DNA of 64,000 bases, taken from Eledone cirrhosa. Taxonomy: Eukaryota. Under the pieces are notes generated by a model. The model was given only the letters and a program-made list of their open reading frames with translations. It had not been told where the DNA came from and did not search any database. Position numbers and translations under genes: made by a program. Each line of letters starts with the position of its first letter. Position 1 is the stretch's first letter. Shown piece after piece: positions 25,620 to 36,240 of this stretch. The DNA lies in NCBI GenBank assembly GCA_964016885.1, contig OZ024745.1, positions 3,658,001-3,722,000 of the forward strand. The letters run 5' to 3'.

Positions 25620-25685
25620 CTGTTTTTCATAAATCTGTGCCAAGACACTAGCTGCTTCAAACCGGACATCGTCTGCAGCTGCCAT
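25620..25685 (-). CDS. MAU2: MAU2 coding exon (66 nt): MAAADDVRFEAASVLAQIYEKQ
   Basis: Donor gtaggt and atypical acceptor cccttaatgataccaag. Matches vertebrate IPQFEDVKFEAASLLSELYCQE (22 aa) and joins the 96-nt exon in frame. Confidence 0.9.
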
Positions 25686-25694
25686 CTTGGTATC

Positions 25695-25701
25695 ATTAAG
25701 G
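25695..25701 (-). promoter_or_regulatory. Putative U12-type (minor spliceosome) branch site CCTTAAT
   Basis: CCTTAAT lies about 10 nt upstream of the AAG acceptor with no polypyrimidine tract, which fits the U12 consensus CCTTAAY. Confidence 0.65.
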
Positions 25702-25985
25702 GCAATTGGCGATTATAATATATATATTCACCAATGTTTATAAACAATGATGTGTATGTGTGTATATATATTATAAACATTGATGTGTATGTGTGTGTGT
25801 ATATATATATATTATAAACATTCATGTGTGTGTATATTTATATATATATATTATAAACATTGATGTGTATATATATATAATAAACATTGATGTGTATGTG
25901 TATATATATATATATATAATAAACATTGATGTGTATGTGTATATATATATATATTATAAACATTGATGTGTATGTGTACATATAT

Positions 25986-26074
25986 CATCATCATCATACA
26001 TCCACTGCAAAGGTGGGACCGGTCCTATTCAGCACAGCATCTCTTGTCACGGTCCTTTGTCATCTCCTCCGTGA
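25986..26074 (-). mobile_element. Short retroposon 3' fragment with (GAT)n tail
   Basis: CATCATCATCAT tail and GCAAAGGTGGGAC, similar to the SINE tail at 31350-31370. Flanked by minisatellite units. Confidence 0.5.
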
Positions 26075-26160
26075 TATATATACATTATAAACATTGATAT
26101 GTATGTGTGTATATATATATATATATACATTATAAACATTGATATGTATGTGTATATATA

Positions 26161-28830
26161 TCATCATCATCATCATCAACGTTTAACGTCCGTGTTCCAC
26201 GCTTGCATGGGTTTGGACGGGGGTAGTCCCACTTGAGGCAAGAGTGATTGTCTTGCTCGCATAGGACTGTCTGGCAGGTTTTCTACAGTTGGATGCCCTT
26301 CCTAACACCAACCACATTTACAGTGTGGGTCTGGGAGGTTTTTACCGTGTTGCCTACACGGCCACATTACAGCGTGGACTGTGTGTTTTTTTGTCGTGAC
26401 ACCTACACGATCTCATTTGTTTCGGCCTCGATGGCGCGGCACCAACATAACTTTACATAGAACGGGGTGGTGTGGATGGGGTAGGGGTGGGGGTGGTGGG
26501 ACGGGGTGTATTTTGTTAGGGATGCCTACTGGCTGGAGTAGGTTTTACTATATATTTAGGTAAGGCGGGTCTTCTCTGTTACTGAGTACCGCCAAAGGTC
26601 TCGGTCCAGTGACATTGTCTTGGAGAGGTGTAAGTGTGTGATGTCGGAGTTTATCAGCTCGTCCCAGGTTTTTCTAGGTCTGCCTATTCCGTGACTACCG
26701 TCTATCTTTATTGCCCTGCACTTTGTTATACAGCTATCGACTTTCATGCGCATCACGTGTCCATACCAACGTAGCCTTCTCTCGAGTAAACAACATCTGA
26801 TCCCTCTTATCTCTAATTTTTTCCTTAGTTCGTTTATGCTTTGCCGTTCACGTATATTACTGTTACACATCCAGCGGAGCATGCAAGCTTCGTTCCTCTC
26901 TAGTCTGCGTATATCCTCTGCACACAATGCCCAGGTCTCACTGCCATGCAGCATTGCTGTTCGTATGCAGGCATCGTACAACCTGCCTTTCATTTTTAGT
27001 GAGAACCCTTTAGCAGCTAATAGTGGTATAAGCTCTCTGAACTTTTTCCAACCAGTTCTGACTCTAGCTACAGTACTTTCAGAGCACCCTCCCCCACTGC
27101 TGATTTTATCGCCCAGGTAACGGAAGCTGTCCACTATTTCTATAGAACCCTCTGCGCAATTGAAAGAGCTAGTAGCTTGTGGGCACTTGCTGCTACTTAT
27201 TGCACCAGAGCACCGGCCACATGTAAAATCTATGTTCTTAGTTAGCTTACCTGTGATCCCACTACATCTTTTATGCACCCATACTTTGCATTTAGGACAT
27301 AAAATGGAGTTTCTACCTACGCCTTTCCTACACACCGAGCACGACCATTTCCCAGAAGGGACCGCCGCCTTGTTTTCTTTCCTACAAACTAGTACTTTGG
27401 TCTTAGCCAGGTTAATTTTAAGTCCTTTTGACTCTAGGCCGTGCTTCCATGTTTGGAATTTCTTCTCTAGCTCGGCCATTGATTCCGCTATGAGTGTCAG
27501 GTCGTCTGCGTATAGAAGTTCCCATGGGCAGCCTGTCTTGAACTCCTCTGTTATAGCCTGAAGGGCAATAATAAATAGTAGTGGGCTGAGAACAGAGCCC
27601 TGATGGACGCCAACTTTTACGCTAAACTCTTCACTATATTCGTTGTTAATTCTAACCTTGCTGACTGTTTCTTTATACATGGCTTGTATAGCCCTAACAA
27701 GCCATTCGTCAACGCCTAGTTTTCTAAGAGCCCACCAGATAATGGAGCGGGGGACTCTGTCGAAGGCTTTCTCCAAGTCGACAAAAGCTAAGTAGAGGGG
27801 TTTACCTTTAGCTAGGTACTTCTCCTGTAGTTGTCGTACTATGAAAAGAGCGTCTGTGGTACTTTTGCCTGACACAAACCCGAACTGCATTTCATCTAGG
27901 TCAATTCTCTCTCTGATTAGTTGCGCTATTACTTTTTCCGTGACCTTCATGACCTGGTCGATTAATTTAATGCCTCTATAGTTACTCCTATCTAGGGCGT
28001 CTCCTTTACCCTTATAACAGTTAACGATGATGCTGCTATGCCAGTCCTTCGGAACAACCCCATTCTGTACGACTTGGTTAACTATGCGGGTGACCATGGT
28101 GTGTCCCACCGTGCCAGATGCCTTCAGCATCTCAGCAACTATTTCCGAAGGCCCAGCCGCCTTACCCGTCTTCATATCCTTGATTGCCTTACTTATTATA
28201 CTCCCCTCGACTAACACTGCTGGTCCCTCTATTGGGTCGATATGGGGGAGACTGTCTTTCTCCCATTTATTCTCCTCATTTAGTAGCCTTTCGTAGTGAC
28301 ACTTCCAAGCTACCTTCTTATCAGCGTCGGTGATGGCAAGTGTGCCATCGTCGTTTAGTACACACTTCTCCCCGACAATATCACGGTTTTCCTTGACGCA
28401 TTGCCTAGCAATCCTGAACACCTCACGTTTTTGGTCATCGCGTTGTAGAACATGCTTGAACTTTCTTTCCTCAGCTTCCCTTCTTGCTAAGTACACTTGT
28501 CTCCTAGCTTCCCTCCTGGCCACTTGATAGTCCTCTCTACTTCCCCCATCCCGCCATACTTTCCAAGCCTGCTTTTTGGCCTTAATTGACCCCTCCACCT
28601 TACTGTTCCACCACCATGTTACTCTCCTCCTGCCTACAGGCCTGCTCCAGCCACAGACTTCGTCTGTCGCCAACAGCAGGTTTGCTTTCAGAAATTCCCA
28701 CTCTCCCTCTATATTGTCCGACTCTAAATGTTCTTCCTTACTGTCGAAAGCATCAAGTAATATGCTTTGAAATTTATTCCTGGCTGTGGGGTCCTTTAGC
28801 TTCCATATTTATATCCTTTAGCTTCCATAT
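26161..28830 (-). mobile_element. RTE-clade non-LTR retrotransposon, 5'-truncated, with ~375-nt 3'UTR and (GAT)n tail
   Basis: RT ORF, a 3'UTR ending CATGCAAGCGTGGAACACGGACGTTAAACGTT(GAT)n, and a 5' break at IWKLKDP downstream of where the APE endonuclease would lie. Confidence 0.95.
26556..28808 (-). CDS. LINE ORF remnant (750 uninterrupted codons): reverse transcriptase with inserted PHD-type finger, no endonuclease domain
   Basis: Motifs [14 protein letters not shown]...[38 protein letters not shown] and [11 protein letters not shown]. The frame stays open upstream of the TTG at 28673 as far as 28808 ([10 protein letters not shown]...). Confidence 0.93.
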   Translation of the reverse strand: MWKLKDPTARNKFQSILLDAFDSKEEHLESDNIEGEWEFLKANLLLATDEVCGWSRPVGRRRVTWWWNSKVEGSIKAKKQAWKVWRDGGSREDYQVARREARRQVYLARREAEERKFKHVLQRDDQKREVFRIARQCVKENRDIVGEKCVLNDDGTLAITDADKKVAWKCHYERLLNEENKWEKDSLPHIDPIEGPAVLVEGSIISKAIKDMKTGKAAGPSEIVAEMLKASGTVGHTMVTRIVNQVVQNGVVPKDWHSSIIVNCYKGKGDALDRSNYRGIKLIDQVMKVTEKVIAQLIRERIDLDEMQFGFVSGKSTTDALFIVRQLQEKYLAKGKPLYLAFVDLEKAFDRVPRSIIWWALRKLGVDEWLVRAIQAMYKETVSKVRINNEYSEEFSVKVGVHQGSVLSPLLFIIALQAITEEFKTGCPWELLYADDLTLIAESMAELEKKFQTWKHGLESKGLKINLAKTKVLVCRKENKAAVPSGKWSCSVCRKGVGRNSILCPKCKVWVHKRCSGITGKLTKNIDFTCGRCSGAISSSKCPQATSSFNCAEGSIEIVDSFRYLGDKISSGGGCSESTVARVRTGWKKFRELIPLLAAKGFSLKMKGRLYDACIRTAMLHGSETWALCAEDIRRLERNEACMLRWMCNSNIRERQSINELRKKLEIRGIRCCLLERRLRWYGHVMRMKVDSCITKCRAIKIDGSHGIGRPRKTWDELINSDITHLHLSKTMSLDRDLWRYSVTEKTRLT

Positions 28831-28903
28831 ATATATATATATACATTATAAACATTGATATGTATGTGTATATATATATATATACATTATAAACATTGAT
28901 ATG

Positions 28904-28938
<35 letters not shown>

Positions 28939-28954
28939 TATAAACATTGATATG

Positions 28955-29007
<53 letters not shown>

Positions 29008-29273
29008 TATAAACATTGATATGTATGTGTATATATATATACATTATAAACATTGATATGTATGTGTATATATATATACATTATAAACATTGATATGTAT
29101 GTATATATATATATTATAAACATTGATATATGTGTATATATATATATATATATATAAATATACATTATAAACATTGATATGTATGTATATATATATATAT
29201 ATATATATATACATACATTATAAACATTGATATGTATGTGTATATATATATATACATTATAAACATTGATATG

Positions 29274-29304
<31 letters not shown>

Positions 29305-29512
29305 TATAAACATTGATATATGTGTATATATATATATATATATAAATATACATTATAAACATTGATATGTATGTATATATATATATATATATATATTATA
29401 AACATTGATATATGTGTATATATATATATATATATATAAATATACATTATAAACATTGATATATGTGTATATATATATATATATATAAATATACATTATA
29501 AACATTGATATG

Positions 29513-29551
<39 letters not shown>

Positions 29552-29552
29552 T

Positions 29553-29957
29553 ATGATGACCCCTTAGCCTTTGTCAAGGCAGAATTCTAGGAGAAGGAAC
29601 ACTGATATAACACCTGCAACTCTGATGGTATCCAATGATGTTGACTTGTTCTTCTTTTTGGTAAATATCATCTTGGTTAAGAGAGTGGGACTGGCTTTGT
29701 GCAGTGCCTTTGCTCACCATAAAAGCTTCACGGCACAGGCATTGCTTTATATCTGGAGATCTCTCTGCACTTGTCGTCACATGGTACCATGGGCCCAGCA
29801 CTATGTGTCAATAATTGTCACAAGTGTAGTGTTTGTACCAGGGTTTTCAAGTCGCTGGCTGGACTAAAAAGTCACACTCGTTCAGTGCATCGGTAGGGGT
29901 TCTCCTACATGGATATAAAGTAGTGGCCGTACTCGAAAACGAGTTGGCATCCACCAT
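29553..29957 (+). mobile_element. Insertion ending in the 3' end of a second (BovB-like) RTE family with a C2H2 finger
   Basis: 29816-29896 reads CHKCSVCTRVFKSLAGLKSHTRSVHR*. A short UTR with stem-loop CTCG-AAAA-CGAG runs into TA repeats. The first ~240 bp are unassigned. Confidence 0.7.
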
Positions 29958-29983
29958 ATACATTATAAACATTGATATATGTG

Positions 29984-30015
<32 letters not shown>

Positions 30016-30209
30016 CATTATAAACATTGATAAGTATGTGTATATATATATATATATATATACATTATAAACATTGATATGTATGTGTATATATATATAT
30101 ATATATACATTATAAACATTGATATGTAGGTGTATATATATATATATATATATACATTATAAACATTGATATGTATGTGTGTATATATATATATACATTA
30201 TAAACATTG

Positions 30210-30245
<36 letters not shown>

Positions 30246-30527
30246 TATAAACATTGATATGTATGTATATATATATATATATATATACATTATAAACATT
30301 GATATGTATGTGTATATATATATATATATATATACATTATAAACATTGATATGTATGTGTATATATATATATATATATACATTATAAACATTGATAAGTA
30401 TGTGTATATATATATATATATATATATACATTATAAACATTGATATGTATGTGTATATATATATATACATTATAAACATTGATATGTATGTGTATATATA
30501 TATATATACATTATAAACATTGATATG

Positions 30528-30566
<39 letters not shown>

Positions 30567-30978
30567 TATAAACATTGATATGTATGTATATATATATATA
30601 TATACATTATAAACATTGATATGTATATATATATATATATATATATACATTATAAACATTGATATGTATGTATATATATATATATATACATTATAAACAT
30701 TGATATGTATGTATATATATATATATATATACATTATAAACATTGATATGTATGTATATATATATATACATTATAAACATTGATATGTATGTATATATAT
30801 ATACATTATAAACATTGATATGTATGTATATATATACATTATAAACATTGATATGTATGTATATATATATACATTATAAACATTGATATGTATGTATATA
30901 TATATATATATACATTATAAACATTGATATGTATGTGTATATATATATATTTATATATACATTATAAACATTGATATG

Positions 30979-31048
<70 letters not shown>

Positions 31049-31065
31049 ACGTTGATATATATGTG

Positions 31066-31213
31066 TCATCATCATCATCATCGTTTAACCTCCATCTTCC
31101 ACGCTTGCATGGGTTTGGACAGTTTTCCCACTTGAGGCAAGATTGGTTGTCCTGCTCGTATAGGACTCTCTGGCGGGTTTTCTACGGCTGGATGCCCTTC
31201 CTAACATCAACCA
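31066..31213 (-). mobile_element. Truncated copy of the RTE 3'UTR
   Basis: Colinear with 26161-26313 (TTCCACGCTTGCATGGGTTTGGAC...GGATGCCCTTCCTAACA). Confidence 0.9.
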
Positions 31214-31248
31214 TATATATATATATATATATATATACACATTGATAT

Positions 31249-31282
<34 letters not shown>

Positions 31283-31307
31283 TATAAACATTGATATATA
31301 TATATAT

Positions 31308-31648
31308 ATCATTTCATCATCATCATTTCATTTTACGTCCACTTTTCCCTGCTTGCAAGGGTGGGACGGGAACTGATTCTGGCTTGATTTCTACAGCTGG
31401 ATGCCCTTCCAACACCAACCTCATTTACAGTGAGTGCTGGGTGCTTTTTTGCCGTGGCACCTCCACGACCACTTTACAGTGGAATGATATGAACCCCAGT
31501 CCCTATCATCTCATTTCTACAGCTGAGTAAACTGGAGCAATGTGAAAGTGTCTTGCTCAAGGAAACAACACATCACCCGGTCTGAGAATTGAACTCACAA
31601 CCTTTCGATTGCAAGGCCAATGCTCTAACCACTAAGCCATGCGCCTCC
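31308..31648 (-). mobile_element. Full-length tRNA-derived SINE with RTE-like tail
   Basis: Minus strand shows A box TGGCTTAGTGG, B box GAGTTCAATTC, core CCTTGAGCAAGACACTT and a (GAT)n tail. Reverse complement of 37084-37391. Confidence 0.9.
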
Positions 31649-32043
31649 ATCATATATATATATATTATAAACATCGATATATTTCTCAAAACTAGTTGAG
31701 TGGCTTGTAAGTATGGAAGCATGTATACCAACAAACATTACTAGTACATGAGCCATATTTCCTCCTGTGTACTCACAAGTCAAGGATTAGATGTTTAATA
31801 TATGTCTAGTGTTTAGGTCTCTTTCTGTATTGCCTTTTTGTTGTTGTTCCTTTTTTTTTCATGGGATCACATTCTGTCCCCAAATGACCTTTCTCTGTAT
31901 TAGTAAACATAACATTCTGATTCTTTGGAGGGTTCTAATACACAACATTTTCTGGAAGTTATTTGAGGCAAAACAGGATGTGTTTAAGTGACCTCAAAAT
32001 AAATTATTTTTAGGTTACAATAAACTGCTTGAGCTACATTTAA

Positions 32044-32248
32044 CCCTTTAACATTTACATTACTCTATATTTACTGTGGTATTTTCACAGTAAAGGCTTT
32101 ACCTCACATAATATCAAATCTATGAGATTTTGATATTTATTTTGAGAACAATACCTTAATGTTGGTATGAGTGGCCAGTTACAGTCAGTATCAACAGAAA
32201 GAGGTGAGAGAATTCTGGCCGGATATGGCCAGTTTAAATACTAAAGGG
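32044..32248. mobile_element. TTAA-type MITE, copy 2 (opposite orientation to 24336-24494)
   Basis: TTAA|CCCTTTAACATTTAC...TAAATACTAAAGGG|TTGA. Internal GAGATTTTGATATTTATTTTGAGAACAATACCTTAA is the reverse complement of copy 1. Confidence 0.8.
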
Positions 32249-33591
32249 TTGATGTATCACAACAGTATCAAACTATGGTGATGACACAATGTATGAAAAT
32301 TTTATAACATCAGAATGAAAACATTTCTGAATGGATTGTAACTTCGTACATATGTATACAAAGATAAATATTATTATGGATACACACAAACATATGTGTG
32401 AGTGTAGAGAGTTTGCCAGAGTGGGAAGACCAGTGAGTTGTATGAAAGTCATGACAACTTCTCCTGTGCACTTGGTAGAACATGAGACCATGAGATACAG
32501 ATCTCAGGTCAGTAGCTCAGTGTTAACTTGGTCTACATAGACACATCCAACATAAATTATTGTAAAAAAACATCAGTTTAAATCACTATAATACATTACA
32601 CTATTACCCTATGGTTCTTTAATCATCTCATTATTACTGCCATATTTCTATGCTGGCATGGTTCCAGGTAATGTTTTACAATTAGATGCCCTTCCTGACA
32701 AAAAGCCTTTTAGTTACCTCTTACAGCATGCTGGGATACAGTATACCTATTCTAAAAACTGGGATTCACAAGGTCTCTCTTATCTTTAGAGTAGGTACAA
32801 ACAGCTGCTCAACTCCTTTACCATAAAGATCCATCCCACTCATGTATAAAACAAAATTAAAATAGATTTAAAAACTACAAATACAACAGTAAAAGGTTAA
32901 TCCTCTACTAATCACGATATATAACGGCAGTGCATAACTTCAGTTTTTCTAGCTTGAAGCAATTGAGAGACAAATCTCCCTTAGTTACAGTACTAATTAT
33001 CACAAAAAATTAAACTAAAAAAAGGTAAGAATCTGTAGGCCAGGTGAATTAAGGTATATAATGTCCTCTACAAACACAATGAAACACACAAGCTAAAATA
33101 TCCAACATAAAATACATACTATTGCCTTGAAATCACAACTACTATAGAAATAAAACTAAAAGTAGCAAACCCCCACCTCCACCCACACACTACAAGCCAG
33201 TTGACTACATCAACAAGTCTTCTATTGATCTACTTCAACATCATAGCTTTTACATCAACTTTTCAATGTTGGCATGGGTTGGATAGGACTTTTTTAAGGC
33301 AACGTTTTACACCAAAGTATTCCTCCTGGCACAAACCCTTTAGTCATTTCTTATGAAATGCAGGGATGCAGTGTCATCATTATCACTGTTTAACTGGTAT
33401 CTTGTACTCAGTCACTTAACACCAAGGTAACCAGGAGAGGCAGAAGGCCTGATGAGACACCAGACATACATTAGACTATGTTGAAAAGTTGGATCAACTT
33501 CTCTTTCACATAGAAATTGGAATCCATTGGTAAACTAGCTGCTCTGATCTGTACACATCTTCTGCACATTTGAAAACAAAACAGGATACCT

Positions 33592-34025
33592 ACAATATAT
33601 ACCATATATACTTGGGTATAAGCTGAGAAATGTGTGACAATATATACCATATATACTTGTGTATAAGCTGAGAAATGTGTGACAATATATACCATATATA
33701 CTTGTATATAATCTGAGAAATGTGTGACAATATATACCATATATACTTGGGTATAAGCTGAGAAATGTGTGACAATATATACCATATATACTTGGGTATA
33801 AGCTGAGAAATGTGTGACAATATATACCATATATACTTGGGTATAAGCTGAGAAATGTGTGACAATATATACCATATATACTTGTATACAAGCTGAGAAA
33901 TATGTGACAATATATACCATATATACTTGTGTATAATCTGAGAAATATGTGACAATATATACCATATATACTTGTATACAAGCTGAGAAATATGTGACAA
34001 TATTTACCATATATACTTGTGTACT
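33592..34025. repeat. 45-bp minisatellite, ~9.5 copies
   Basis: Unit ACAATATATACCATATATACTTG(G/T)GTATAAGCTGAGAAATGTGTG, which explains the 15-aa periodic ORFs. Confidence 0.97.
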
Positions 34026-34036
34026 TGAAATATGAC

Positions 34037-34076
<40 letters not shown>

Positions 34077-34524
34077 ATGGTAAAATAGAGGATCAACTTA
34101 TATTCAAGGTCAATATTTTGCTGATTGTCACCCACTTTAAAATTCAACATAAATGAAGTGCTAAAATATTTTCACTTTGGAGATGAATATTACTCCAGTT
34201 CCACTTCCTATTGTTTTTGATATGCTTTGAATAAATATGACCTTCAAAACAGTTGGAAATTGGTAAAAAAAAAAAAAAAACCATTACGTAATGGAGTTGT
34301 GACACAAAAACTATACTTTAAACACTTAAAACATTTTAAATATCAAAATATTAAAACTTCATAAATATATTCTCTACTTATTAGAATTTCAAAAGCACAC
34401 CATCTAAACATAATGTGTTGATTAGCTGCCTCAGCTTAACAGGGTTTGATATAAAATAGAGGGGTTGACTTATAGTATGTCTCTGTATGCCAGGATTAAC
34501 TATCCTTTTACTACAACACTTATG

Positions 34525-34800
34525 AAAGTGTGTGGCTTAGTGTCTAGTGTGTTCAACTCATAATCATAAGGTCATGAGTTCAATTTCTAATACATTGTGT
34601 CCTTGAGCAAGACAATTTATTTCACATTGCTCCAGTCCACTCAGCTGGAAAAAAATTGAATTTTAATTGTGATTCAAAGAGCCAAACTTGTCACACACTG
34701 TGTCACACTGAATCTCCCTGAGAATTACACTAAGGGTACAAATACTTGTGGAATGCTCAGCCACTTGGCCATTAATTTCACAAGGAGAGTTCAACTAGAA
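34525..34800 (+). mobile_element. Decayed tRNA-derived SINE
   Basis: TGGCTTAGTG, GAGTTCAATT and TGTGTCCTTGAGCAAGACAATTTATTTCACATTGCTCCAGTCCACTCAGCTG are shared with 37084-37215, but the 3' half differs. Confidence 0.75.
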
Positions 34801-35193
34801 CACTCCTCCTCGGCCCTGTCAGAGGGCCAACAACACTACAACATTTATTAGGACCTACACAATAGGATCTAGATTTACACCTATCTACTCCCAACAGTTA
34901 CATAACATACAAATGCTAATTCTAAACATATCCAGAAATAAACTAAAACACACAACAAACAATACTAAGATAAGAAAATATCAAAAACAAACCAATTTTT
35001 CTTCTCTCTACTGGACATATTGTTTTTCAAGATTTAAAAAAACATTACTTCAAAAGAGATTAAACTAATATAAAGAAACATTATTTCAATATTGGACATA
35101 TTGGACATCACTCTATTTTTAAAACAATAGTAAATAGTGCTAAGTGATTTGAAGAAACATTATTTCAATATTGGACATAGCTGCATCCATTCA

Positions 35194-35260
35194 AACCTCA
35201 GCAGGATTTGAACTCAGAACATAAAGGGCCGTAACTCTGTGCCACAAAGCATGTTATCCA
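35194..35260 (-). mobile_element. Fragment of the OK-like SINE
   Basis: AACCTCAGCAGGATTTGAACTC...TAAAGGGCCGTAACTCT...CAAAGCATG is the reverse complement of 21414-21472. Confidence 0.75.
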
Positions 35261-35599
35261 ATATGTAAATATAATAAAATTTGAAAAAGATCAAGATGAA
35301 AATATGCATGTCAAACTTCGTTAAAAAGTCAATAGGTGCTTAATTAGTTTAATCAATAATTTCTAAAAGTTAAGTCACAGCCAGGTATAATAGATACAGG
35401 TGGTTGTTCAACAGCAAAAAATTGAATTAAACAAATGTTCATCTTAAAAACTACAAGTACAAAATAGAGAGAAATTAAAGTAAAAAATAATAGTTAAAAG
35501 AAAATTAAATTTACGAAAATACCTGGGACTTGCCAAAGAAAGAAAAATTTGTAATTTGGCACTGCACTATTTTATGTAGTGCAGTGTATTATGAAATAG

Positions 35600-36035
35600 A
35601 TATGTGCACGTGTATATGCATGTATATGTATATATGCATGTGTATGTGCATATATACGTGTATTATATGTGTGTGTATGTACATGTATATGTGTATGTGT
35701 ATTATATATGTGTGTGTGTATGTACATCATCATCACCATCTTCCACGCTTGCATGGGTTTGGACGGGAGTTTTCCCACTTGAGGCAAGAGTGGTTGTCTT
35801 GCTCGTATAGGACTGTCTGGCGGGTTTTCTACGGCTGGATGCCCTTCCTAACACCAACCACATTTACAGTGTGGACTGGGAGGTTTTTACCGTGTTACCT
35901 ACACGACTTCATTTGTTTCGGACTGGATGTTGTGGTACCAACATAACTTTACATATATATGTGTATTATATGTGTGTGTATATGTACATGTATATGTGTG
36001 TGTGTATGTACATGTATATGTGTATTATATGTGCA
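35600..36035. repeat. (TG/TA)n low-complexity tract interrupted by an RTE UTR copy
   Basis: Read directly from the sequence. Confidence 0.85.
35725..35954 (-). mobile_element. Truncated copy of the RTE 3'UTR
   Basis: Colinear with 26161-26458 (…CACCAACCACATTTACAGTGTGG…ACCAACATAACTTTACATA), with an internal indel. Confidence 0.9.
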
Positions 36036-36240
36036 CTTAACATCTGCTCGGGAATCAAAATAAAAAATGTTTTATATTCCTCTGGTTTTATGAAATAAAA
36101 CCAGCCATTTTAAAGGGTTTCTATTTAGTCTTCTAAAATAATTTTGTGTAAGATATATTAAGTTACTATTTTAGTGAAACTTAAAAATCTAAAGTTCAAA
36201 TCTTTTTAAAAGATTTAGTTGTAATATTTCTAATATTTTA

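Larger units (their letters stand above)
25738..31680. repeat. Interrupted TA-rich minisatellite, unit CATTATAAACATTGATATGTATGTG(TA)n
   Basis: Dozens of variable-length copies at 25738-26160, 28830-29552, 29958-31065, 31213-31308 and 31651-31680, separated by retroelement insertions. Confidence 0.95.

Noticed and set aside
25683-25685. ATG as the MAU2 start codon
   Set aside because: The conserved N-terminal ~80-100 aa would be missing, and the ATG directly follows an acceptor with a branch-site motif.
26746-28858. Plus-strand ORFs over the LINE
   Set aside because: They are antisense shadows of the RT frame.
28796-31312. YI-rich ORFs (85-181 aa)
   Set aside because: They are translations of the (TA)n minisatellite.
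33471-34038. Three overlapping minus-strand ORFs with 15-aa periodicity, including WYILSHISQL, vaguely like MAU2 WLISQQ
   Set aside because: This is a by-product of a stop-free 45-bp repeat. No splice sites give an in-frame exon without a stop.
35073-35179. 28-bp direct repeat AAGAAACATTATTTCAATATTGGACATA as a TSD
   Set aside because: The enclosed ~50 bp has no recognisable element, so it is probably a local duplication.
35515-35550. Possible 6-nt micro-exon TCCCAG (SQ) in tttttctttctttggcaag|tcccag|gtattt
   Set aside because: Too short to support from sequence alone, and the donor matches neither the U2 nor the U12 consensus well.
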